Below are positions 28,496-41,343 of a stretch of DNA of 64,000 nucleotides, one piece after another; positions within the stretch are counted from its first letter, which is position 1; every line of letters begins with the position of its first letter. The notes under the pieces are model-generated. The model had not been told where the DNA came from and did no database searches. It saw nothing but the letters and a program-made list of their open reading frames with translations. Source of the DNA: Octopus bimaculoides (lineage: Eukaryota); NCBI RefSeq assembly GCF_001194135.2, contig NC_068992.1:2811312-2875311 (forward strand), read 5' to 3'. A program made the translations under genes and the position numbers.

Positions 28496-30674
28496 ACAGA
28501 ATTTACTGATAGCTTGTCATGCTTTTTGTTGTTATTTTCTTATTTGTGTTAAAACAGCAACTGCATCTTAGTTTAATTGGTTTTCCTTGAAAGGAACCAT
28601 ATCACTTCCATATAAATTCAAATTCTCTAAAACCTAATATAATATAATTTTATCTAAACAAATTTACCTGCACGTCCACACAAGTCTATCTAAAGATTAC
28701 AATTTCACAGGCCTTACATTCCATTATAATTTACAAATAATCTTTTATATTCAATGACATTGAATGAATGCCTGGAAGTTGTAGGGAACCTTTGTAACAT
28801 ATTTTAAACTGATTTCCATAATCTACATTGCCAATGTTGTTGCAATAAAGAACCATTATTTCTTGAAAGTTAGCAGGATACATTCACTTCTTTACGTTCA
28901 ATATACGTGACTATTTATCACACTTATAAAGGACAAGTCATTATAACAATGAGTTCTCTCAACTAACTAAATGGTCGTGTTTGTTGGGGAAAAGGCTGTG
29001 TTTATTTGAATTGATCTTAGCATTATATTTACTACTATTTCTTTTATTGAGTACCAGAGGTCATCTGAGAGGTAGAGTTGACTTTTGTAAGATTAGATTG
29101 CATAGTGTAACACAATGAAGTTAAATAATGCTTGCCACTCTTAACTCAATAACAATATTTTACATTTGTATAAGAATATCTTAGTTGATTTAATTAGCTC
29201 TAGTACACAAGTGGTGATTATATTATTGACCGAAATGGTTGAAAAGCACAGCCGGCTCCTGATGGAATATTGAGTGAAATTGCCAGGAAGTGAACTGATT
29301 GTTGAGACATATTTAATCCAACATTCCTCTACTTTAACACTTTACTCAACCGTAATAAAAATTATATAATTATAAATAATATATTTATTACACAAAGACA
29401 ATTCTGTTTAAGTTAGCTATTATCTCCAGCCAGAATAATTATTTAATTAATACAGACAGATTATTTGCTTTGAGAATCTCTACTAGAGAGGATGGATTTT
29501 ATTTCATGTTTCAAGACTCTTTGAATTAATAGCCACAAATTGCATTGTCGAATCAGGAATTGAAAATTTGAATAGCAAGAAATTCTCCACTGTTTATACC
29601 CGTAAGAAGAAATATCTTTCATTGTCAATGCCATATTGCTTCACAAAATACATTTCCTAACTGAATCGTTATGTCACATTTTAAGTAAGAAAGATGTGTA
29701 TTAAGACATGTAGGTCTAGTCTTTAGTCATGGACTTCCTTTTAACTGTAAAGCGGGGCTGGAATTATTTTCTATCACAGTATGATTATTTGGGTGTTCCT
29801 CTGGGTTTTTTGTCATGAATTGCCAGCAGAGAGGAGTGTGTCAGGTCATACACTGCGTATATTTCAGATGCAAAAACAAGAATGCGAGGCACAAGAAGCC
29901 AGCGCCATCTTGTATGAGACCTCACTGGTAGCCATTACCATGTCCGAGAGAGGAGCGAGGTCTCACCTGCAACCATTTGCCATGCATGAGACGACAGCAA
30001 GACTCATCAGCAATGACTATTTTAGCAGAATTAAGACATTCTCTCTCTTTCTTTGACACAGAGCTGGGCAGCTGGGAGCTGTCCAGAATCCAATTGTTTG
30101 TTGTGGCATGGTTTCTATGGCTGGATGCCCTTCCTGACACCAACCACATAACAGAGTGTGTTGGGTGCCTTTTATGTGCCACCAGTGCAGATGCTTTCAC
30201 ACAGCACCAGCTTGGGTGCGTTTACGCAGCACTGGCACATGTGTTTACATAGCGCTGGCATAGGTGATTTCATTGTGGCACCAACACCTGAAAGGACAAA
30301 CCTGTATGTGTGGAAGGCAGCGATTTTGCTTAGTTTGACATATTTATCAAGTACAGCAAATTGCTACACCTGGTCTGTTGTCATTTTCCCAGAGAGGCCC
30401 AGTGTCTGAAGATCCTTTCTTATGACTTCATCCCAGAGATAAACCAATTGAAAAACAGAGAGAGATAAATCTAAAACATGTTTATTTCTAAAGATTAATA
30501 AACCCCACCCACCAGCCCACTCTCTTCTCCATGCAATTATTTTCTGTATCTTCTGGGTTGTCTCTCAGTAATTAAATTGTATCTCTGATCTTTGCTTTCT
30601 AACTAAATTCAATGACAGCAAATTTAATGTTTTATCCAAAAAAAACCTTAAGGAAGTAACTGCAATAGGCAGAC

Positions 30675-30832
30675 ACACACACAATGTACACATTACACAC
30701 ACATATAGAATATATGTACACACACACACACACACACACACAATGTACACACACATATAGAATACATGTACACACACACACACACATACACACACAATGT
30801 ACACACACATATAGAATACATGTACAATGTAC
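30675..30832. repeat. About 50-bp tandem repeat, 3 units (caatgtacacacacatatagaatacatgta + (CA)n)
   Basis: Direct reading. Confidence 0.85.
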
Positions 30833-30834
30833 AC

Positions 30835-31035
30835 AGAGGGGACAAACAAGGACAGACAAAGGGATTAACTCGATTACATCGACCCCAGTTTGTAACTGGT
30901 ACTTTATTTATCGATCCCGAAAGGATGAAAGGCAAAGTCGAGCTCGGCGGAATTTGAACTCAGAACATAACGGCAGACGAAATACCGCTAAGCATTTCAC
31001 CCGGCATGCTAACGTTTCTGCCATCTTGCCACCTT
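30835..31035 (-). mobile_element. SINE family B (young, CpGs retained)
   Basis: gtcgagctcggcggaatttgaactcagaac..ccggcatgctaacgtttctgcc. Confidence 0.85.
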
Positions 31036-31364
31036 CCACGATGTGTAAATATTGAATGTTTAGCTTTCTGTCAGATCTTTACATATGCAATTATCAAGGT
31101 TTTTTGTTTTTGTTTTTGTAAAAGAAATTATTATTTAACTATTTTCTCTGTATTTGATTGATTTTAATTGAATTTCTTCATATATTTTCCCCATGTAAAT
31201 ATCTTCAGGAATTAAAATATTTGTAAATATTGCAAGAACCACTCTATTATAACTGAATATTCTTCCCAACATAGACTCAGAATAGCCAAATGGATAAACT
31301 GCTAGATTTCTTCCCCAAGATTTCCGTAATATTTCATTGTAACTACTTCATGGTAAACAAAACA

Positions 31365-31578
31365 TTGGTTTCAAATTTGGCACAAGAGCGGCAAGTTTGG
31401 GGGAGGGGTTAAGTTATTATATCGATCCCAGTGCTCAAGTGGAACTTAATTTATTGACCCCGAAAGGATGAAAGGTATAGTCGACCTCAGTGGAATTTGA
31501 ACTCAGAACATAAAGACAGATGGAATGTCATAAAGCATTTTCCCTAGCATGCTAACGATTCTGCCAGCTTGCCATCTT
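31365..31578 (-). mobile_element. SINE family B
   Basis: Same head and core. Confidence 0.85.
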
Positions 31579-31672
31579 GAATAATAAGAATCTAATTACT
31601 AATTACTAATTACTAATTACTAAATTCCATCTAACGTTCAAATTCCTTGAATTACCTCATTAAAATGTTTAA

Positions 31673-31902
31673 CCCTTTAGCATTTAAAGGTCATATCCGA
31701 CCCAAATATTCTATTTGTTTTATGCTCAAACTGGCCAAATCCATCCTCTTAAATGGTAGGTTTGGGAAGCTGGATTTGTAATTCTAAAAATAAACAATCA
31801 CACCATTGAAATCCCAAAACTAAGAGATAATGTATGTTTAATTCAAAACAATATGAAGGCATAATCATTGCATTTGGCAGAGAAATATAAACACTAAATG
31901 GG
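31673..31902. mobile_element. piggyBac-like MITE, second family
   Basis: TTAA|CCCTTTAGCATTTAAA left end, degenerate right end; interior shared with 26345-26536 and 58000-58212. Confidence 0.7.
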
Positions 31903-32129
31903 TAAATACCAGTAAATACTTCTTATAGGTTTGTATTTTATCCCTTAAAAGAGTCCCATTTACCACTTCTATAAACTACTGAACTTTAGAAAACAGTTGC
32001 TTTCATCTAAATATTAATTTCTAGTGTAAAATGTCAAAAGCTTAAGGTTAGTGGCTGGTAGCATAACATTAACAGTTTTCTTTTTTTGTTGTTTTTTTCT
32101 CAAGGACTCTTGATTCTTGAGTGAACTGA

Positions 32130-32930
32130 CTTTACTGAGGAATCAACACAGTCTCCAGGCTGCTTTCCAGGAAATTATATTTTTTTGTACTCTTAGCAAA
32201 TACACATTTCACAGATTGGCACACGGCCACAAAGTTTATTGAGAGGTATAGAGTCAATATAATTAATCTCAATATTTTATTAACCATGGAGAGATTATAC
32301 AAGTGAAACATCATTGAGACAAAATGGAGAAGTTGAAGTATATCAGAGCCATATTTGCAAAGTAGTGGGAAGTAGGAGGTTGAAATAGATGCTAGAATTA
32401 CAGGTACCACAGCTTCAACATTCAATCAGCAGAAGAAGGAATTGGTGGTTTGGTTTTTTTTGTTCCTATCCTCATCTAAGGTCATGAACTTCGGGCAATT
32501 AACTGAAAGAATAGTTGAAATGGCTTCCTCTGAAGGATAACGATCCTTGACTGGATAGCTCAGAGGGAGATCAGGGGGTCTTTCCAGGTCAAGCTGCTAT
32601 TTTGAGAGGTCACATTTCTGGTGTCACAAACATATGGTTAGAATGTCACGGGAAAGGATCACAAATTTAATTCTTCAAACTGAGTTTCCTGCCAGGAGAT
32701 TAAGGAATAGACCAGAAAAAAGATGGTTGGGTAATATCCGTAGACTCAGTTGGTCATACTTGGAAATCTAACCAGAAGGTGTAATGAGAAGGGTTGCTTC
32801 TGATAGGACCCTATGGAGGAGATGTTTGGGGATTCTAATTCAACAATCTTTCTAGGAATGGTGGGCATCAAAAGTAAATGGATGGATGAGAGCATAAAAG
32901 AATATAAAAGATTCAAACTGAATATTGGTT
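32130..32930 (+). mobile_element. Decayed RTE/L2-like LINE, RT C-terminal region
   Basis: Fragments KMEKLKYIRAIF, EIDARITGTTASTFNQ and HMVRMSRERITNLILQTEFPARRLRNRPEKRWLGNI, with stops and frameshifts. Confidence 0.65.
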
Positions 32931-32934
32931 TCAA

Positions 32935-33132
32935 TTGGTTTCAAATTTTGACGTAAGGCTGCAATTTGGCAGGAGGGAGGTACGTCAATTACATTAACCC
33001 CTGTGTTCAACTGGTACTTATTTTATTAACCCTGAAAGGGACAAAAAGCAAAGTTGGCCTTGACAGCATTTGAACCCAGAATATAAAGACAGACGAAATA
33101 CTGCTAAGCATTTTGCCTGAGTCTACCACCTT
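32935..33132 (-). mobile_element. SINE family B, about 640 bp upstream of the Ig exon
   Basis: Diverged core. Confidence 0.75.
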
Positions 33133-33767
33133 GTTCAAACTAAATATTATGAACGCTGTTTATTCAATACTCAATCGTTTCTTCCGCATCCTCATGCTAA
33201 TCTTACCCAATGTTAATTCTCACTTTTAAATGGATTAGCAGTATTAACAATAGTATTGTATGGCCATGCTGTCTATTTATTTCTCTCCCTCTCCCTCCCT
33301 CCCTCCTTCCCTCAACCTCCTACCTCGCCCCTCTCTCTCTCCCTTTTGCTGTCTTTCGTATTTACACCCACACACTTCTTTCAATCTCATTCTCTCCCTT
33401 TGCTTGTGTGTGTATTCCCAAAGATAACAAATGTCAACCCAGCCATAAGATTTGAACTCCTGACCAAAATAACGTCATCCTGCCATTTTTAGAGTTGTTT
33501 CCTTTTCAGTCAAGAGAAGAATTCTGTTAAAGAAGTGTAATGAAAATACTTCTAAATTGTATTATTTGAATTTCCTACCAACATTTTAAAACTCTATTAT
33601 TATGTTTTAGGGGTGTTTTTCTCATCAATATTTCCAATAAAACGATAGACTGAACAGGAAAATTAAGAAATTGCTTTCTTTTGTTTTTTTTTATTTTGCT
33701 GTTGTTGTTGTTTTTTGCTTTTTTTCTTTTCTTTATCTTTTCTAAACTGTGTTCATTCTGTTAACAG

Positions 33768-33981
33768 GTTTCGTGGTTGAAAAAGTCTCCAAAACAACAC
33801 CCACTTACAGTTGGTACCTACACATTTATAGAAGACGCTAATATATCTGTGGTGCATAACAATCAAACACACGAGTGGAATTTGCTCATTAAAGACGTTC
33901 AAATCTCCCATTCAGGGGTGTATGAGTGCCAAGTTAGTTCCTCTAATAAACTATCTCGTTTGGTACGACTAACAGTGAAAG
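33768..33981 (+). CDS. Internal coding exon of a Dpr / zig-8-like immunoglobulin-superfamily cell-surface protein (C strand to G strand of a V-type Ig domain)
   Basis: Long pyrimidine tract + aacag acceptor (phase 0) and G|gtaagc donor (phase 1). Open 71-aa frame VSWLKKSPKQHPLTVGTYTFIEDANISVVHNNQTHEWNLLIKDVQISHSGVYECQVSSSNKLSRLVRLTVK with Dpr-type motifs VSW, H-x-LTVG-x-x-T-F, WNLLIK and G-x-YECQVS. Family-level call only. Confidence 0.9.
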
Positions 33982-34388
33982 GTAAGCTGTTGTTAATGTT
34001 ACTGCGTCCTGTCTTTTGTTTATTTCCTTCCAGCAGTGGAGATTAACTGTTAAATCATTTCAAATCACCCAGGTGCATCCAGGTGAAACATAAGCTGGGA
34101 AATTAGAATGTACATGTAATGCAATACATTGTTAACTAAAATTGTATAAGAATATAAATATTGAATGGCCGGCCGTCTATTTCTTTCTCTCTCTCTCCCT
34201 CCTTTCCTCTCTCTATTCTTTTCTGTCTTTCCTATTTACACAACACTTTTCTTTCTATCTCGTTCTCTCTCTTTGATTATGTGTGTGGATGAGTGTGTGT
34301 ATGCATGTATATGTCTATATATGTATATTTTTATATATGCACGTACATGTACACATTCAAGTTTGAATATGTATGTATCCATGAGTGA

Positions 34389-34429
<41 letters not shown>

Positions 34430-34439
34430 NNNNNNNNNN

Positions 34440-34480
<41 letters not shown>

Positions 34481-34564
34481 TACGCACATTTATGCACATA
34501 CATGCAGTCATAGACATACAAGTACACAGGCAAGCATGAATGTATATATATATATATATGTATG

Positions 34565-34600
<36 letters not shown>

Positions 34601-37600
34601 GACACATGTACATATATATGTATATATACATACATATTTACTCACATATACACACACACGCACATACATTTATGCACATACATGCAGTCATATACATATA
34701 AGTACATATGCAAGTATGAATGTATATGTGTATGTATGCATATATATATATATATACATATATATATATGTATGTATAGCAATATAAAAATGTATGTATA
34801 TATATATACATATATAGATAGATACATACATACATAAATACTTAAACATACATGTACATATGTATGTGTATATACATATATTTACACACACACACACACA
34901 CAGACTCTCCTATTGAAAGAATTTTTGCTAACTTAAGGAAGTGTTTATTTTACTCTGCTGCATTCAACACAAACCGTTTGGCTTTCAGGCCAAGCGCCAT
35001 CTCTTCCTGCCAACTTTCCACTCGCAGAACAGAGAAACATCTCCATCATTGTTATTTGTTACTCTTTTTCACTCCTTCTCTTCTTGTTCTTGCTGTTGTT
35101 GTCGTTGCTGTTCAATATTCTAAATTAGTGAAGCATGCTTCCCTATTTGTTTCTGCTACTGTATTGCAACTTCGCATTATTTCGATGTTCTTCATTATTA
35201 ATATCAACCAAAAGTTATTTTATGATGATTGTGTAATAAATAAATAAATCTAATTAATCCGATGTATTGTAATCAGCAATATCCGTCAACCAGGGATTTT
35301 TGTTGTTCACATCAAGTAAGGATCTCCGTAATCTACCCCACCCCCATTGTAGGATTTGATCACAATATTGCTGTAGGACTGGAATGGGCTTTAATAAATA
35401 TTATATATTGTGCTCTCACTGCTATAAACAGTGGATTCTCCTATGGAGCTTCTGTATTAGTTACTTGGACTACTAGAAACAGCAGTCCAGTTCCCCTTAC
35501 CATTTTCAAAATAACATCTAAGTAGACCTTGTATCGGGCAGTATTTGATAGGGGCTATCAGAGAAGAGAAGACCAAAAGAAAGACATGAGAAAGAAAAAA
35601 ACAAGAGCAGATGGTCGTTGCTAGAATGCTTGTGATCAAAGTCTATCCATTCAGATGGGCCTGGGGTTAAACAACAACGATGTCATCGTCATCATTGTTT
35701 AATGGCTGTTTTCCATGCTGGCATGAGTTGGATGGTTTGGCAGGAGTTGGCCAGCCAGAGAACTGTCCAGGCTCCAATTGTCTGTTTGGCACGGTTTCTA
35801 AGGGTGGATGCCCCTTCTTATGTCAAACAACAACAACTTATTTATAATGAGCCAAAATTCAATCTTCTATGGAGTTGCTTCATCTGCAAGAAATAGCAAG
35901 TAAATCTCAATCAATTCACATCCTACCCTCTTAAGAAGGTAAAAAAAAGTGCACAAATATAAAGTGAGAAAAGATGGGAGAATTGGTCACCTGTGGAACT
36001 TCTGGAGAACCAACTTCAGTAACATCATATTTATAACCCAACAAGCTCAGAAAATTCTGAAATGTTACTCGTGTTAGAAATAGTACCCCAATGTCCCTGA
36101 TATCATAACGACCTTACAAAACATAGGGACAAACACATTGGATGATGTAATTCTAGGCTGTTGAAAAAGACAACAGAATAGTCAAGTGAAGATGAACTGC
36201 ACAACAACAACTCACAACTGAACAAAACCCAATTGTTCTGAGTTCGGTGCTCCAGCATGGCCACAGTCAAATGGCTGAAACAAGTAAAAGAGTAAAAGAG
36301 TTCAGACTCACCACTGTTGTTGCTTATTTTATACAAACCATTCCCACTGGTAGGTTATTGGAGGCACATAGCTTAGTGGTGAGGGTGTTGGACTCATGAT
36401 CGTAAGATTGTGGTTTCAATTCCTGGACCGGGCGGTATCTTGTGTTCTAGGTGCTATTTATGTGGCACCAGCACAGGAGCTTTTTACATGGCACCATCAT
36501 GAGTGCTTTTTTTATGTGGCACCAGCGGATAGTGGTGGACTGGGTCAAAATATATTGGTTGCCAGGAGACTAAGGGGGCCCACCCACAAATACAAGGGGA
36601 CCCATCCGCAATTACAATGCTATAATTTAATTTCTTTTTTTTTTTTTTTTGTTAAAAGTATTCTTTTCAGCTGCCTACAAACACAACCAGGCTGAAATAA
36701 TTAATGGCATTCTCCCAGGAGTGAATAAAAATTCTCAAACTTGAAGGGATAGGCCCCTTAGATACTAACATGGGCTCCCATATATGGATTCTAATGGTGC
36801 AGGAGCCCACTTGCCATCGGACAAGCTGGCAAACCAGCCAGTCTGCCACTGCCAGCTGAAATGCTTAATATGTGGTGCTAACATGGATGTTTTATACAAG
36901 GATTAAATTAAAGCTAACATCATTTCTTTATTTTTTATTGACTGCTTTTATAAGAAATGTCAGTGAGCCATCTTGATAAATAGTTGAGAGCCATCTCTCT
37001 GGGATAGGATGCCAGTCTCTCAAAGAATCAGAACAAAATTTCTTTATCAACAAAATCCTTTCATTTTTTTTACAAGTAATATTAGTAATTTTAAATAATT
37101 TTAATGAATTAAAATTTTTGTCCCACTACATCTTGTATGTTAGCACCAATGTATACATATAACTAGGGGGGGGGGAAGCAGGGTCATTGAGAATGAAATG
37201 TCTTTGTGAGGAACAAAGAACATTGCCAGTGTTGAGATATGAAGCAAGAGTCATTTATTTGGTAGTCAAGCATTCTAACATGTTGCTTAGCTATTAGTCT
37301 TTTCCCTCAGATTAATGTCTCAAGACCACAATATTGCTATTCAAAATTAATATGTGGTATTGAGCAGGCAGCAATATTTTATATCATCTATTTGTGATTG
37401 TTCTACTTCACAATGGAGTTTTAGTAGATAATAGTGGCAGCAGCAGACAACGATAAATTTGAGAAGAATAGAAAAAAAAAAACATTTATATTCAATGTAG
37501 AAACGTTTTTGTTGTATTTTTTTCAATATTTCATAGAATATCTTTTTCAGTTATTAATTGGAAATCAATAGAATGTGTTTAATGAAAATAGAAATAGGGA

Positions 37601-38174
37601 ACAATTCTCATAAATAATAATATTGATTTTTTTTTTGTTTTTACTATTGGCATAAGGCCTTAAATTTCTAGGTGAGGAGATATTGAAGGCTGCAATGTTT
37701 ATGGCATCACGAAAGGTATTAGAAATAGAAGTGATGTAAAATAGCTACAACTGAGGAGCAAAAATTTCTTGATTTCCTGCAAATATATATCTACATTCTT
37801 CATTTTCTGCTTCACCACAGCAAGTCTTTGAGATATGAGCAGAAATATTCTGTGTCTTAGAAGTCGGATTATTTAAAGAAAGGAAAAAGATATTTTGTGA
37901 TGCCCATATCTTTAACAATCATATTAAGAATAGAACTGAAGGAAAATGGCTGGTACAAGAATTCCAGACACAGATTGTGGATTTGGATCATTCAGTTGAA
38001 TGATTCAGTGTAATATTTATCTAAATATTACATTAATCAACATCTTGGGAATAAGAATATTAAATTTTGTGAATAATTATCAGAATCCCTTTTCTCCATT
38101 CACAACTGGCAGACCATGTTTTTAATGATCCTTTTTTAGTTGGAAGGGTTTCAAAACCTAGACCATTCAGATTT

Positions 38175-38365
<191 letters not shown>

Positions 38366-39419
38366 ACTAAATGGTTTCCAATATGTCTTAATGTCGGTGA
38401 AAATCGAAACATTTTAATGTTCCTGCTTCCCTCATATTTCAGTAACTATTGATTCGAAATATAGCAAATTACAATTAAAATTTTAATGATACAGCTGGAG
38501 TCTAACAAATGTTTAATCCCTGTAGATTTGTGTTAGAAGTGGGAATAGTTGAGTAGAGAAGATATTAAAAAAAGAAAACATGGTTATAGACCAACAGTTT
38601 GTAATGATTTATTTTATGATAAAAGGTTGCATGTTATACAGCTGTGAAAGTGACAAGTCATGCAACCATTGAGAACAACAACAACAACATTGGTTGTTAC
38701 ATGTTCAGAGCTGCTGCAGGTTTTTTATTATTTTTTGGGGGGGAGCAGAAGACATCCTTCTTCTTCATTGCCTCTTCTCACCTAGCTACAGGAATTGGTA
38801 CCTAATCAAGTCAAACCGATACCCTACCCCATGGGATGGTTTATATTTCAAAAATTTAATACCAGAAAATTGCTTATTACAGAAAACCTCATGATCTGAC
38901 AGTGTCTAATTGGTCCTACCTGCACTAAAACCATTACCAGGGTACATAGATGTTTGGAATTGTAACCAAATCACTCTCAAATTGCATTCTGCTAACCTTA
39001 AAGGAGAAGGAAGATATTCTGTAAAATTCTTGGTGTACAATGCCTGAAAAATGAGATGGGATGTTTTTCACTGGTTATGTGCCCTGACAACATGAATTTA
39101 GCTACAACAAGAACAGCTAGTACAGGTGAACAGAAGTATTTGGACAACAGAAAGAGTATAACCCAAGTGCAGAGTGTGCACTTGTACCAACTAAAATTTT
39201 GTGGAGGCGCAAAATTTAATATCACGCCCCTACTTACATTTCTTAGGCTTAGAAAACAGTTTTCAAAGGCGGATAGGCATTGACAGCTAGCAAGCCATGC
39301 TACTCCAGACTGATAATGAGCAATGACTCTGAAACTAGTCTCTGGATGCTGGCTTTGCTGAGTGAAGGTGCTTGTCTTCACTTTGAAGACATAAGGACAC
39401 AGGAAATGTGTCAAGAACA

Positions 39420-39840
39420 ATAGGAGGACTACACTAGGTTCCAATCTGATTTGGCAGAGTTTCTACAGCTGGATGCCCTTCCTAACGCCAACTGCTTTGA
39501 GAGTGTAGTGGGTGCTTTTACGTGCCACCGGCACGAAGGCCAGTCAGGCGGTACTGGCAATGGCCATGCTCAAAATGGTGCATTTTACATGCTACCTGCA
39601 CAGGAGCCAGTCCAGCGGCACTGGCAACGATCTCACTCAAATGTTTTTTCACGTGCCACTGGCATAAGTGCCAGTAAGATGACGCTGGTAATGATCAAGC
39701 TCAAATGGTGCTATTTACGTGCCACTGGCATGGAGGCCAGACAGCTACTCTGGCAATGATCACGCTTGGACGGTGCTCTTAGCGCTCCACTGGTACAGGG
39801 GCCATCACGATTTCGGTTTCACTTGCCCCAGCAGGTCATC
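39420..39840 (-). mobile_element. RTE-type 3' UTR fragment with internal subrepeats
   Basis: tttctacagctggatgcccttcctaac..gtgggtgcttttacgtgccac; similar - copies at about 2955-3225, 8522-8700, 19890-20290, 25620-25845, 30060-30430 and 35680-35830. Confidence 0.8.
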
Positions 39841-41143
39841 AGATAAGTGAGGGCTTGATCTATCTCAAACAGATTGCAACCACCAGTTTACACACCATAG
39901 ATCAGTTCAATTAAAGATGATCTGTTGGTACATCTGAGCTAAATATTTCTCCTTAAAATCTCTTCAGAACATAGGAGATATATTGTGAATTATGGACTGG
40001 AACTGTAAATTTCTCATTTATGAAATCTTAACTTTATTTCCAATTTTCTATTTATTACATGATATTTTTGGAATAGAGACAATATAATTCTAGAATTATA
40101 TCATTTTCTGTTATTTCTTCAAGACTTTGCTTAGATTAGATATATTGATAAATGCCTCATTGTTTCTGACATTTCAAGTTTGCAAATTATTATTATAGAC
40201 AAGCTGCTCAGTTTGCTGACAAAGTTGATTGCAAGAACGGAAGCTACCAATAAGTCTAACATTATACCATTTGAAATCCATAATTAGTATGTTAATTAGA
40301 GGAAAATATCTTATATCACAATACTAATTTTGATTATCTAAATTCTATTGTTAGCATCTTGCCTTAAGATTTAGAAATTAAAAACTTGAATAGCTACCAT
40401 TTTAAAGAGGTCTAGAGTTTATTAATACAGGTTTAACTGTTATATATCATAATCTAATTGGCGAGATATATGTCAGTGCTCTTACAATACATTTTAGTTG
40501 ACTCTCATGGATAAGCATCAATTAATTATCAACTTAATGAGTAGGTTAGTCAGGTGACTTTTTTTATGTACTTAGTATACATAATAAAATGCCAAAGTTA
40601 ATATAAAATGTTCGAAGTATCTTCTCTGTGGCTGTAAGGTTTTCATTTCAATAGAAGAACAGAACAAAGAAATTATGACTGGATTTTACAGGTACACACA
40701 GAGTGTATGTGTATGTGTGTGTATATTCAACATGTATGCATTATAATGGGTTCTTACAAGTATCTATACGTGTGCATGTGTGCTTACTGAAGTGTTCCCA
40801 TATGATGCATGTTAAAACCTGTTCAATACATGCATTCATTCAGTCATGTACAAGAAAAAAAAAATCGAATGCACCTCACAAAAAAAAAAAAAAAGGGAAG
40901 GAAGATATTAATAAGTCTAAGAACCAAACAATTGCAGCATCAAGTAATGAGTTTCTGACAACAGTTAACGAGTGCAAAACAGAGATGGTAATCAGTTTTT
41001 CAAGGTGATTACCAGGTGCAGAAGTGAGAATTTTTGCTGAGTTTCGAGTTTACTTGGTACAACAATATGATTATCAGTTGGTTTTGAAGTAGAAAATGGC
41101 AACAGTGCAGGGAAGTTACTGCAGTAGGACATGGGCCAATCAC

Positions 41144-41201
<58 letters not shown>

Positions 41202-41306
41202 NNNNNNNNNNNNNNNNNNNNNNNNNNNNNNNNNNNNNNNNNNNNNNNNNNNNNNNNNNNNNNNNNNNCACACACTCACACACACACACACACACTCACA
41301 CACACA

Positions 41307-41343
<37 letters not shown>

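Noticed and set aside
29880-30040. Minus-strand KIVIADESCCRL...QDGAG resembling Tc1 DDE motifs
   Set aside because: The two Asp motifs are about 32 aa apart instead of about 90, with an internal stop and no TIRs.
30675-30832. CRISPR-like repeat-spacer pattern
   Set aside because: The spacers are (CA)n rather than unique sequence, the context is eukaryotic, and there are no cas genes.
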